Positions 17,401 to 24,852 of a stretch of 64,000 nt of DNA are shown here, one piece after another. Source of the DNA: Ignavibacteria bacterium (GTDB lineage: Bacteria > Bacteroidota > Ignavibacteria > UBA10030); contig VGWB01000001.1 in the NCBI GenBank assembly GCA_016873755.1, positions 3,387-67,386 on the forward strand, written 5' to 3'. The translations under genes were made by a program, and so were the position numbers. Below the pieces are notes generated by a model. That model saw nothing but the letters and a program-made list of their open reading frames with translations. It searched no databases and was not told the DNA's origin. Each line of letters begins with the position of its first letter. The first letter of the stretch is position 1.

Positions 17401-20021
17401 GGACCTACGATCCGGCTGAGCCCTCGCTCGAGTTTCCGCCGGGAAGCAAGAGACACTACCTGTATCTAGGGCAACTGATGGTCGGCGCTGTAACTGCATC
17501 TGGGGATACAATGGCGAATCTTGCCTATTCGGATGAGTTCCTGCCGGTTGCATCCATTGATACCAGGAGGTTCCCCAGCGTGTCGTATAGCGGATTTCGC
17601 TTCCTGATGAAACAGGCGCTGGGGCTGCAAATCGATCAGACCACATATTCCGTGATGAACGAATCGTACCTGTTGATGGGGTACGAAATCTCCAACAAGG
17701 GGATCTTCAAGTTCTCGAACATATACGTCGGATTCTATTGCGACTACGACCTCAACGATGCCGCGAAGAACCTGAGCGGGTACGATAGTGCGAACAGGCT
17801 TGGGTACGTGTTCGATCCGTCAGGCGGGTGGGGCGGATACGCGGGGATTCGGGTGCTCAGTCATACCTCCTCGACATTCCGTCGGTGGAGCGCGACGGTT
17901 CAACCTGAGCCACGAAATCCAGGTGACTTCTATCGGTCGATGGCGAAGCTCGGCAGCGACGATCCGTCGGCCGATCAACCTGCGGACTACCGCGTCCTGC
18001 AATGCGTCGGGCCGGTAACGCTTGCACCGGGAGAATCCGTGGCCTTCGTAGTTGCCGTTGCGGTCGGCGAAGGGTTGAGCGGCCTCCGCAACGCGGTGGA
18101 TCAGGCACAGAAGTTCCACGACATGCTTGTCAGTCCAGCTCCCGGGGTGATAACTGATCCTGCTTCGAACGTGACCTCCAGCTCGGCTAGGCTGAATGCG
18201 ACAGTCGATACGAGGGGACTGAGCACGACTGTGGTGTTCGAGTACGGAACGTCAACGAGCTACGGGAAGCAAGTTACGGCCGCGGGAAGTCCGTTTACTG
18301 CTGCCGACGCCATAACGGTCAGCGCCGATGTCACCGGGCTTACGGGCTCGACGACATATCATTACCGTGTGGTGGCAACGAACTCCGCCGGTACAACGCC
18401 GGGTCGGGACCAATCGTTTGTCACTCTCGCCAGTGGTACGATCGCAGTCACCTCAACACCGACAGTCTGGGCTACCGGCTTCGCGTACCCCGTAACGTGG
18501 ACGAGCAACAATGTCGCGGGCACCGTCACCATCAGGTTGTCGACGAACGGTGGCGCGTCCTATACGACGATCGGCGAATTTGCGAACACCGGTAGCGCCT
18601 CTGTGACGGTTCCAACATCGGCTTCACCTTCTACCAATTGTAAGCTTCGGATCTCGTCCACGCTGAATTCGGCGGTTTTTGGCGAGAGCGGGACGTTCAC
18701 CATTGTCTCCGGCACACGACCCACATCCATCCAGCTCTCCAACACCGTGAGCTTCCCAAGTCAGCCGACCGCGTCGACGGCGTACCGCTTGGTGAGCTTC
18801 CCCGGTGATGTCAGTTCGTTGCGTCTCAACCAGATTCTGAGCGGTACATCGCCGTACGATTGGCGCGTATTCCGAGACAACGGCAACTCGTCGAATTTCC
18901 TCGTTGAGTTCGCAGGAACCTCCACCCTCACAGTCGGTGAGGGATATTGGATGATCAACAAAGGATCGTTCACACTTTCGAGATCAGTGCCAATCGTGAC
19001 GCTCAGCAGCGACGCGAGCGCAAGCATTCCGCTGCATAGCGGTTGGAACATTATCGGCAATCCCTTTGAAAAGAGCGTCACGTGGACGGCGGTGCTGGCC
19101 GCAAATGGAATCTCGCCATCGGTATCAACGCGTATCTTGGACTACAACGGCTCGTACACATCAAGCAACTCGCTCGATCCATATAAGGGTTACTACTACT
19201 TCAATGCTGCCGGCGCGAGCTCGTTGAGGATTCCATATCCTTTTGGAACAAAGATGGAGTCCCCCTTCCAGCTTCCTCCCGTTGACTGGCAACTGAAGGT
19301 CTCCTATGCGTCCGACATCAACGAGGATCCTGAGAATTTCGTAGGCGTCGCCCCGGCGGCAACGGAGGGGTTTGACATGCTCGAAAGCTACAAACCGCCG
19401 TTGTTTATGGATCAAGCATTTGTCTATTTTGAGCGGCCGGAGTGGAATCAAGAGTACAGCTACTTCAGCGGTGACTATCGTCCCTCACTGGGCGATGGGC
19501 AGGTGTGGGATTTCGTCGTCCGCAATCCTCGCAAGTCGACCGGCACGCTGAAATTCTCTGGTGTCGAACAGGTCCCGTCAGACTATGCCATCAGACTGGT
19601 CAATCTCTCGAACGCGCGCCCGGTCGATCTCAGAGAGCAGAACGAGTATTCCTATCGCACGACTGACGTCATTACCAGATTCAAACTCATAATTGGAAAG
19701 CAACAATTCGTGGACCGCGCTCTGGTCGATGTGGTGCCCGAGAGCTTTGAGCTTCTCCAGAACTATCCGAACCCGTTCAACGCCGGAACGACGATCCTCT
19801 TCCGCGTCCCGCGTGAAAGTCGGGTTCAGCTGGATATCGTCTCCATGCTCGGCCAGAAGGTGAAGACGCTCGTAGAGGACTGGCTCGGTGCAGGGACGCA
19901 CTCCGTCACGTGGGATGGAGCAGACGCCGAGGGAAGACCGGTTGCGAGCGGCGTCTATTTCTACCGGCTCAGCTCGGACGGACAGCGCGTTCAAACAAAG
20001 AAACTCACTGTTCTGAAATAA
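14466..20021 (+). CDS. Giant secreted multidomain surface protein, cargo of the type IX secretion system. Domains: BNR/Ycf48-like beta-propeller repeats, a pre-peptidase C-terminal (PPC) domain, fibronectin type III domains and a C-terminal T9SS sorting domain.
   Basis: The signal peptide 'MKSLLIPFVSLSLLGFAEAQ' begins at 14466; in-frame starts also exist at 14421 (TTG) and 14451. Seven ~37-aa repeats of the form 'GTNIFAGTSGGVFLSTNNGTSWTAVNTGLTN' follow, then 'GDVDYFKLN' (PPC). Fibronectin-III-like segments read 'YHYRLVATNSLG' and 'YHYRVVATNSAG'. A second propeller has 'TTDGGxSWT' units. The C-terminus 'LLQNYPNPFNAGTTILF...GVYFYRLSSDGQRVQTKKLTVLK' is a canonical T9SS sorting domain. Confidence 0.85.
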   Translation: MKSLLIPFVSLSLLGFAEAQDLNWERTSGPPSGKVLALAISGTNIFAGASGGGVFLSTNNGTTWIAVNTGLTNLDAGALAVSGTNLFAGTSGGVFLSTNNGTSWTAANNGLTNTNVLALAVSGSNIFAGTFGGVFLSTNNGTSWTAVNTGLTNTIIYALAVSGSNIFAGTYGGGVFRSTNNGTSWTATSSGLTNLYVQAFAVSGTNMFAGTSGGGAVFLSTNNGTSWTAVNTGLTNINVFALAVSGANTFAGTEFGGVNLSMNNGKSWTAVNNGLTNMNVRALAVSGANIFAGTWGDGVFRSSLPASLLPSIPEQEPNNTAGQANQIALGDIVAGSFSVPGDVDYFKLNLAALDTIDLLGSNAAGSTIDAYLKLYDASGNLLEESDDFLSTEASRIICVIPSGGTYYIRYACHPTGGEYPNAVGKKSGAHSNDLSELESVTLLQKSVPALSDTGSYRLIVRRFRPSAPQVRTSGGYNIFHNSAAFDGDFYPNGLPTALTVEYGTTTGYGSMRLLATALDIFGQYCSDELQSLSPNTEYHYRLVATNSLGRSETANESFTTPPAPDGWVRVRTGTTPLLRNVAFANVSLGMAVGGDGLILKTTDGGSSWTPLTSNTYEYLRGIALASPSVALAVGNSGTILRTTDGGTTWISRASGTTLELTDACFSDANTSVVVGNGGSMLRTTDGGVSWNSINSGTTQNFRGVDFGNPSIGIAVGASGTILRTTDGGKSWTLVTSPVPDFLYKVYMVNERVGFVAGAAGILLKTTDGGSSWVRLTSGTDAMLIGISFSDERNGITVGFDHRLLRTKDGGATWANEESGTWNDLYGAVFAGTSAIAVGDHATVLRKDMGPGAAISVQVLSPNGGEFWNEDLGHRIRWQASESSGKTISRIQILYSVDNGAHYSVIFDSVANTGSRIWATPRTPTKDARVRVVAYTPDGASAWDESDAPFTIVDVATYVHHTGVLAHTVRNDGFTGSGGGTYDPAEPSLEFPPGSKRHYLYLGQLMVGAVTASGDTMANLAYSDEFLPVASIDTRRFPSVSYSGFRFLMKQALGLQIDQTTYSVMNESYLLMGYEISNKGIFKFSNIYVGFYCDYDLNDAAKNLSGYDSANRLGYVFDPSGGWGGYAGIRVLSHTSSTFRRWSATVQPEPRNPGDFYRSMAKLGSDDPSADQPADYRVLQCVGPVTLAPGESVAFVVAVAVGEGLSGLRNAVDQAQKFHDMLVSPAPGVITDPASNVTSSSARLNATVDTRGLSTTVVFEYGTSTSYGKQVTAAGSPFTAADAITVSADVTGLTGSTTYHYRVVATNSAGTTPGRDQSFVTLASGTIAVTSTPTVWATGFAYPVTWTSNNVAGTVTIRLSTNGGASYTTIGEFANTGSASVTVPTSASPSTNCKLRISSTLNSAVFGESGTFTIVSGTRPTSIQLSNTVSFPSQPTASTAYRLVSFPGDVSSLRLNQILSGTSPYDWRVFRDNGNSSNFLVEFAGTSTLTVGEGYWMINKGSFTLSRSVPIVTLSSDASASIPLHSGWNIIGNPFEKSVTWTAVLAANGISPSVSTRILDYNGSYTSSNSLDPYKGYYYFNAAGASSLRIPYPFGTKMESPFQLPPVDWQLKVSYASDINEDPENFVGVAPAATEGFDMLESYKPPLFMDQAFVYFERPEWNQEYSYFSGDYRPSLGDGQVWDFVVRNPRKSTGTLKFSGVEQVPSDYAIRLVNLSNARPVDLREQNEYSYRTTDVITRFKLIIGKQQFVDRALVDVVPESFELLQNYPNPFNAGTTILFRVPRESRVQLDIVSMLGQKVKTLVEDWLGAGTHSVTWDGADAEGRPVASGVYFYRLSSDGQRVQTKKLTVLK
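14570..15360. repeat. Intragenic tandem array of ~111-bp near-identical DNA repeats, about 7 units encoding 37-aa propeller-blade repeats
   Basis: Long, nearly identical stretches recur at 111-bp spacing, e.g. 'ctttgcggggacgtctggtggtgtttttctttccacgaacaacggaacaagctggac...'. Confidence 0.8.
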
Positions 20022-20031
20022 AGGAACTGCA

Positions 20032-20580
20032 ATGAGGATCTCTCGCGTATATCGGTATCGACGGCAGGTAATCGCAGGCCTCATTCTTCCACTGCTCATC
20101 TGGTGCGTGAATTCAACAGCGTTCGCGGCACCGGCGCCGCAGGATGAACTCAGGATTACTATCAAGGCGGTGGAAGTGAAGCCGGACTACATCATCGTCT
20201 CGTACGAGCTGGTGGCCCCTGCTGCGGACTCCTACGAAGTGAGCCTGGTCCTCCTGAGAGAGGGAAGCTCCTCCTTCAGAATCCCTGTGCGCGCTGCGTC
20301 CGGAGACATCGGAGAGGGGAAATTCGCCGGCGGTGTTCGGCAGGTGCGCTGGGAGTTTGGTAAGGACTATCCGCGCGGTCTCTCCGGGGAGGGTTTCTAT
20401 TTCGAGATCTCAGTCAGTAAAGTGAAAAGCAGTAACCTCTTGTTGTACGTCGGTCTCGGCGGCCTTGCAGCAGTTGGTGGGGCCGTGGCACTCTTAGCAG
20501 GTGGTAAGAAAAGCGAAGGCACAACGTCGACGCCGTCCCCGGCCGAACTGCCGATGCCACCCGCGCGTCCGACGAACTAG
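20032..20580 (+). CDS. Small single-pass membrane protein of unknown function: signal/anchor, ~110-aa extracytoplasmic domain, C-terminal transmembrane helix, Pro-rich tail
   Basis: It starts 10 nt after the giant gene stop. The N-terminal hydrophobic segment is 'VIAGLILPLLIWCVNSTAFA'. The C-terminal transmembrane helix is 'LLLYVGLGGLAAVGGAVALLAGG', followed by KK. Confidence 0.5.
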   Translation: MRISRVYRYRRQVIAGLILPLLIWCVNSTAFAAPAPQDELRITIKAVEVKPDYIIVSYELVAPAADSYEVSLVLLREGSSSFRIPVRAASGDIGEGKFAGGVRQVRWEFGKDYPRGLSGEGFYFEISVSKVKSSNLLLYVGLGGLAAVGGAVALLAGGKKSEGTTSTPSPAELPMPPARPTN

Positions 20581-20675
20581 GCATCTGACCGAAAGCTAGG
20601 ACTTCGCGTTCTAGCGGTGGGTGTATGAATGTTCTCTTCAGATCGCTTCTGCATTCTAGAGGGAGGAAATTCCCG

Positions 20676-23003
20676 ATGAGAACCCTTACAACGGTTTTGG
20701 TCTGTTTGGTGTTGCTCGCACAGACCGTACAGGGCCAGGTGAAGGCGAGGAGCCAAACGTTCTCAATCCAGCCCCCTGCCCGGCCTGCATCGCTGAGCGC
20801 TACGGCCGAGTTCAGTGAGCCGTCAGGAAACGGCTACCTGGATGCCGGCGAGAAAGGCACAATTAACGTGACCGTTGCCAACTCCGGCGGCACGGCTGCA
20901 AAAAATGTTGTGGCGAGGCTCAGTGCCGAAGGGAGCACTCCAGGCCTGGTGTTGACCGACCGAGTCACAATAGGCGAGATCGCCTCAAATGCGTCCGGGA
21001 CCGGAATGATCGAAGTGACGGCGCTGGGGACGGTGCAGACCGGACTTTTGAAGTTCACCGTGGAGGTTGTGGCAGACAACAACGTCAAAGCGGAACCGAA
21101 ATCCCTGAGCTTCTCGACACTCGCTGCTGCCGCGCCCGCGACGCTTGCTGTGACAGTCGAGTTCTCGGAGCCGTCGGGCAACAAGCTTCTTGATGCAGGG
21201 GAAAAAGGAACGATCAAGGTCACCGTATCGAATACGGGGGGCAGTACGGCGAAGAACGTCTTGGCGAAGCTCAGTTCTGCTGCTACGGCAGTTGGCATCG
21301 ACTTCTCAAAATCCGTGACGATCGGCGATGTTGCTCCCAGCAGCACACGAGCCGGCCAGTTTGAAGTATCGGCCTTTGACTACGTCCAGAGTCAAACGTT
21401 TTCTTTGACGGTTGAGGTGAGCGCCGACAATGGAGTCAAGGCAGATCCCCGGCCCGTCTCCTTCTCGACCCGCGCAGCTGTTAGGCCGGCCATCCTCGCG
21501 GCGACCGTCCAGTTCTCCGAGCCGTCGGGGAACGGAATCCTTGATCCGGGCGAGACAGGGACAGTGACTGTATCGATTACGAACACGGGAGGAACACCGG
21601 CCAAGGGTGTCATCGTAAGGGCGAAGACGCAAGTCGATGTCAGCGGCGTGACGTTTCCGGCAGTCGTGCAGGTAGGGGACATCGCCCCCACTGCTTCAGG
21701 CACAGCGAGGATTCCGGTCCAGGCTTCGGAGACGGTGCGCTCACAGACGATCTCGCTTACCCTTGAAGCGGCGGATGCCGGAGGCATTGCGGCCGAAGCG
21801 AAGACACTGGCTATCACAACGAGGGAAAGGGTGTTGGCCCGAGACACGGCGCCTCCCGACATCGAAGTCTGGGAACCCGTTGTCACCGCGTCCCGCGGTG
21901 TGAAGATTGTTCCAAGTGATTCAAAGTTTGCGACGCAGAGCTCTTCTGTCATTGTGAGGGGCATCGCGAAAGATACCAGCGGTGTCGCTGTCGTGACCAT
22001 TAACGGCCAGGAGGCAAGACTCTCAACGGGAGCGGAAGGATTCGAATTTGTCGGAGAGGCGCTGCTCGTCCTTGGCGAGAATGACGTTGAGGTGCGAGCC
22101 CTCGATCGGTTCAAAAATGAGAACAAGCTCACGTTTAGGGTCACGAGGAATCCCGAGACCCTCGCAGAAAGGAGACAAATCCCGGCAGCCCTGTTCAAAG
22201 GGCAGCGATGGGCCGTTATCGTCGGCATCTCGAGATACCGCTCGACGGATATCCCGCAGCTTCGGTATGCCGACCAGGATGCCCAGGAGTTCTACAAAAT
22301 CATGACCAAATCGATCGAGGAGGGAGGAGTGGGAGTGCCGAAAAGCAATGTCCGATTTCTCCTCAACGATCAGGCGACTTCGACGAATGTCCGAGAGGCG
22401 CTCACCGATTTCCTGAAGCTTGCCATCGAGGATGACTACGTTTTTATCTACTTCGCGGGACACGGAGCACCGGACCCGGATCGCCCCAAGATTCTCTATC
22501 TTCTCACGCACGATTCGGATTTGAACCGCCTTGCCGCCACATCGGTGAAAATGCAGGAGATTCAGGACGCTCTCCGGGACTACGTTGCTGCGAAGACCGT
22601 GCTTGTCTTTGCCGACGCCTGTCACAGCCGAGGCGTCACTGGAGCTGTGGCGACGAGGGCCCTTGCTCCTCCGGAGCTCGTCAACGACTTTCTCTCTGAA
22701 CTTGCCCGGGCGCGCGCAAGCACGATGACCTTCAGCGCAAGCGACGTGAACCAGCTCTCGCAAGAGGATAAGCGCTGGGGAGGTGGCCACGGCGTGTTTA
22801 CCTGGTATCTGCTTGAGGGACTACGTGGTAAAGCCGACCTGAACAGCGATCAGATGGTGCGGTTGGGAGAGCTCACCCAATTCGTCAGCGACAATGTTCG
22901 GCGCGACACGAGATCGCAGCAGAGCCCGATCTCCAGCGGGAATTTTGACATCAACTTGCCCCTCACCATCGTGACGGATAGACCGTCTCCAGAAAAACGC
23001 TGA
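20676..23003 (+). CDS. Secreted caspase-like cysteine peptidase (peptidase C14, metacaspase/orthocaspase type) with four N-terminal ~115-aa repeat domains, possibly CARDB-like
   Basis: RBS GGGAGG, then the signal peptide 'MRTLTTVLVCLVLLAQTVQG'. The unit 'AEFSEPSGNGYLDAGEKGTINVTVANSGGTAAKNV...' recurs four times. The C-terminal domain has 'RWAVIVGISRY', the catalytic His in 'IYFAGHGAPD' and the catalytic Cys in 'VFADACHSRG', the metacaspase D-A-C-H-S motif. Confidence 0.8.
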   Translation: MRTLTTVLVCLVLLAQTVQGQVKARSQTFSIQPPARPASLSATAEFSEPSGNGYLDAGEKGTINVTVANSGGTAAKNVVARLSAEGSTPGLVLTDRVTIGEIASNASGTGMIEVTALGTVQTGLLKFTVEVVADNNVKAEPKSLSFSTLAAAAPATLAVTVEFSEPSGNKLLDAGEKGTIKVTVSNTGGSTAKNVLAKLSSAATAVGIDFSKSVTIGDVAPSSTRAGQFEVSAFDYVQSQTFSLTVEVSADNGVKADPRPVSFSTRAAVRPAILAATVQFSEPSGNGILDPGETGTVTVSITNTGGTPAKGVIVRAKTQVDVSGVTFPAVVQVGDIAPTASGTARIPVQASETVRSQTISLTLEAADAGGIAAEAKTLAITTRERVLARDTAPPDIEVWEPVVTASRGVKIVPSDSKFATQSSSVIVRGIAKDTSGVAVVTINGQEARLSTGAEGFEFVGEALLVLGENDVEVRALDRFKNENKLTFRVTRNPETLAERRQIPAALFKGQRWAVIVGISRYRSTDIPQLRYADQDAQEFYKIMTKSIEEGGVGVPKSNVRFLLNDQATSTNVREALTDFLKLAIEDDYVFIYFAGHGAPDPDRPKILYLLTHDSDLNRLAATSVKMQEIQDALRDYVAAKTVLVFADACHSRGVTGAVATRALAPPELVNDFLSELARARASTMTFSASDVNQLSQEDKRWGGGHGVFTWYLLEGLRGKADLNSDQMVRLGELTQFVSDNVRRDTRSQQSPISSGNFDINLPLTIVTDRPSPEKR

Positions 23004-23039
23004 GGATCTGCCGTCGGCAATCGATCCGGAGATTTCCGG

Positions 23040-24704
23040 ATGCCGCCTGGCGGGAAAGGTACTATGATCCTATCATCGTCGATCAGGTTTCGCACTCTTC
23101 TTCTGGGCATCGCAGCAACTGCTGTGCTCTCCGCTCCCGCCCGGCCTCAGGTTCTCGCCCCACCGCGTGCGCTGAGGGTGCAGATCTCAGTGAATCACCC
23201 GAATCTGGTGTATCGTGAAGGTGATACTCTGCGAGTGTCGGTCACCGCGAACAAAAACTGCTACCTTCGGCTCATGTACTGCGAGGCGAGTGGAAAGGAC
23301 GTGGTCATCTTCCCGAACTACCAGGACATGGACGACAAAGTTCAGGGCGGGGTCGAGTACGTCATCCCGACGAAGTTCCAGATAACGCAGCCGCTGGGGA
23401 GCGAAGCTCTGCATGCGTTCGTAAGTTCGGAGAAGTTCTCGACGCTGGACGGCCTCGATCGTGGCGATGGCCTGATCGTGTTGAAAGAGCCCATAGAGAG
23501 GGTGCTCACGAAGCTGAGGTCAGGCGGGATTTTTGGGGAATATGCGGAACAGAGGTTGGAGATCATCACGAGGGCAAAGGAAGTCGCTGCATCCGAGGCA
23601 CCACAAATCAAACCGCCTTGGATTGAACTCGTACAGCCGGGTCCGAGCGATTTTCTTGTCGATCAGCGAGATACGGTCACGATCGAGGGTCTTGTGACAG
23701 GGGATGATCTTGTTACGCCCGTCCTCATCAACGGGAAACCCGTTCAGACGGAGAAGATCTCCTCAGGCCTGCAATTCAGTCTCTCGGTGGGATTGGTGGT
23801 GGGCGAAAACACGTTCGAGGTCGTCGCGAGGAATGCTCATCATCAAACGACGACGAAGTCCCTGGTAGTTAAGAGGGCAGAGAACAGGTTCGCTGGAAAG
23901 CGGTGGGCAGTAGTGATCGGGATCAGCGAGTACAAACATCCTGAGATCCACGACCTGAAGTATGCACATCGCGACGCGGAGGCGTTCTACGAGTTCTTGA
24001 AGAGCGCCAATGGGGGAGCGTTCGCCGACGATCATACCTTGCTCCTCACAGACGCAAAAGCCACAAAGGCGAACGTGCGGAGCGCGGTCTTCGACTTCTT
24101 GAAGCAGACGAGCGAGGAAGATCTGGTGATGATCTACTTCTCCGGACACGGTCTGAGCAGAGGCAAAGGATACTCCTACTTTGTGACACACGACAGTGAT
24201 CCGTACCGAATGGAAGAGACAGCGTTTGACATGGAAGATATCCAGGCCGCGCTGCGAAAGACGATCCAGGCGGAACGCGTGGTGATCTTCGCGGACGCGT
24301 GCTACAGTGGTGCAATCAATGACTATGTCAAAGGGACCCGAACAACTCAGCTCGAAGAGAATCTGATCAACCGATATTTGTCCGAGATGGCAAAGGCCAA
24401 GCCGGGCATCGTCTCTGTGACCTCGTGCGCCGAGAACGAAGTCTCGGGAGAAGCCTGGCTCTTCTGGGAGCACGGAGTGTTTACGTTCGTTCTCATTTCT
24501 GGTTTGGGAGGGAAGATCATTGATACTGAAGGACGAGTGAAGACGTTTGAAAGCGCCGACGCGGACGGGGACGGGATTGTCACTGTCAGCGAGCTTACTC
24601 AATATGTTACAAAGTATGTCCCGGGATATACCAAGAACAAGCAGAATCCCCAGGTTAGCAAATCCAATTTCGATCCAAATACTCCTCTGAGTGTTATTCG
24701 CTAA
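23040..24704 (+). CDS. Second secreted caspase-like cysteine peptidase (C14), with an N-terminal DUF4384-like domain
   Basis: The signal peptide is 'MILSSSIRFRTLLLGIAATAVLSA'. The N-terminal domain 'LRVQISVNHPNLVYREGDTLRVSVTANKNCYLRLMY' resembles the DUF4384 domain often found with caspase-like proteins; this is unverified. The C14 domain has 'RWAVVIGISEY', the His in 'IYFSGHGLS' and the Cys in 'IFADACYSGA'. Confidence 0.75.
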   Translation: MPPGGKGTMILSSSIRFRTLLLGIAATAVLSAPARPQVLAPPRALRVQISVNHPNLVYREGDTLRVSVTANKNCYLRLMYCEASGKDVVIFPNYQDMDDKVQGGVEYVIPTKFQITQPLGSEALHAFVSSEKFSTLDGLDRGDGLIVLKEPIERVLTKLRSGGIFGEYAEQRLEIITRAKEVAASEAPQIKPPWIELVQPGPSDFLVDQRDTVTIEGLVTGDDLVTPVLINGKPVQTEKISSGLQFSLSVGLVVGENTFEVVARNAHHQTTTKSLVVKRAENRFAGKRWAVVIGISEYKHPEIHDLKYAHRDAEAFYEFLKSANGGAFADDHTLLLTDAKATKANVRSAVFDFLKQTSEEDLVMIYFSGHGLSRGKGYSYFVTHDSDPYRMEETAFDMEDIQAALRKTIQAERVVIFADACYSGAINDYVKGTRTTQLEENLINRYLSEMAKAKPGIVSVTSCAENEVSGEAWLFWEHGVFTFVLISGLGGKIIDTEGRVKTFESADADGDGIVTVSELTQYVTKYVPGYTKNKQNPQVSKSNFDPNTPLSVIR

Positions 24705-24852
24705 TCCTTCCTTTTCGGTTGCAATTCCTCTTGACGAGGAGTACATTGCGCATCGCTTCGACCGAGGTCGTGTCCACGCCAACACGATCTACGTCCGCCA
24801 AGTGAGACGAATCCCATTCCCTGCACATTGACCTAGGCAGCGGGTCCCCATT

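Noticed and set aside
20032-24704. Bacterial gasdermin / caspase-like cell-death operon
   Set aside because: The small protein next to the caspase-like genes has a signal peptide and a C-terminal transmembrane helix and does not match the gasdermin size and architecture. The proteases themselves carry signal peptides, so a cytoplasmic gasdermin-type system is unlikely.
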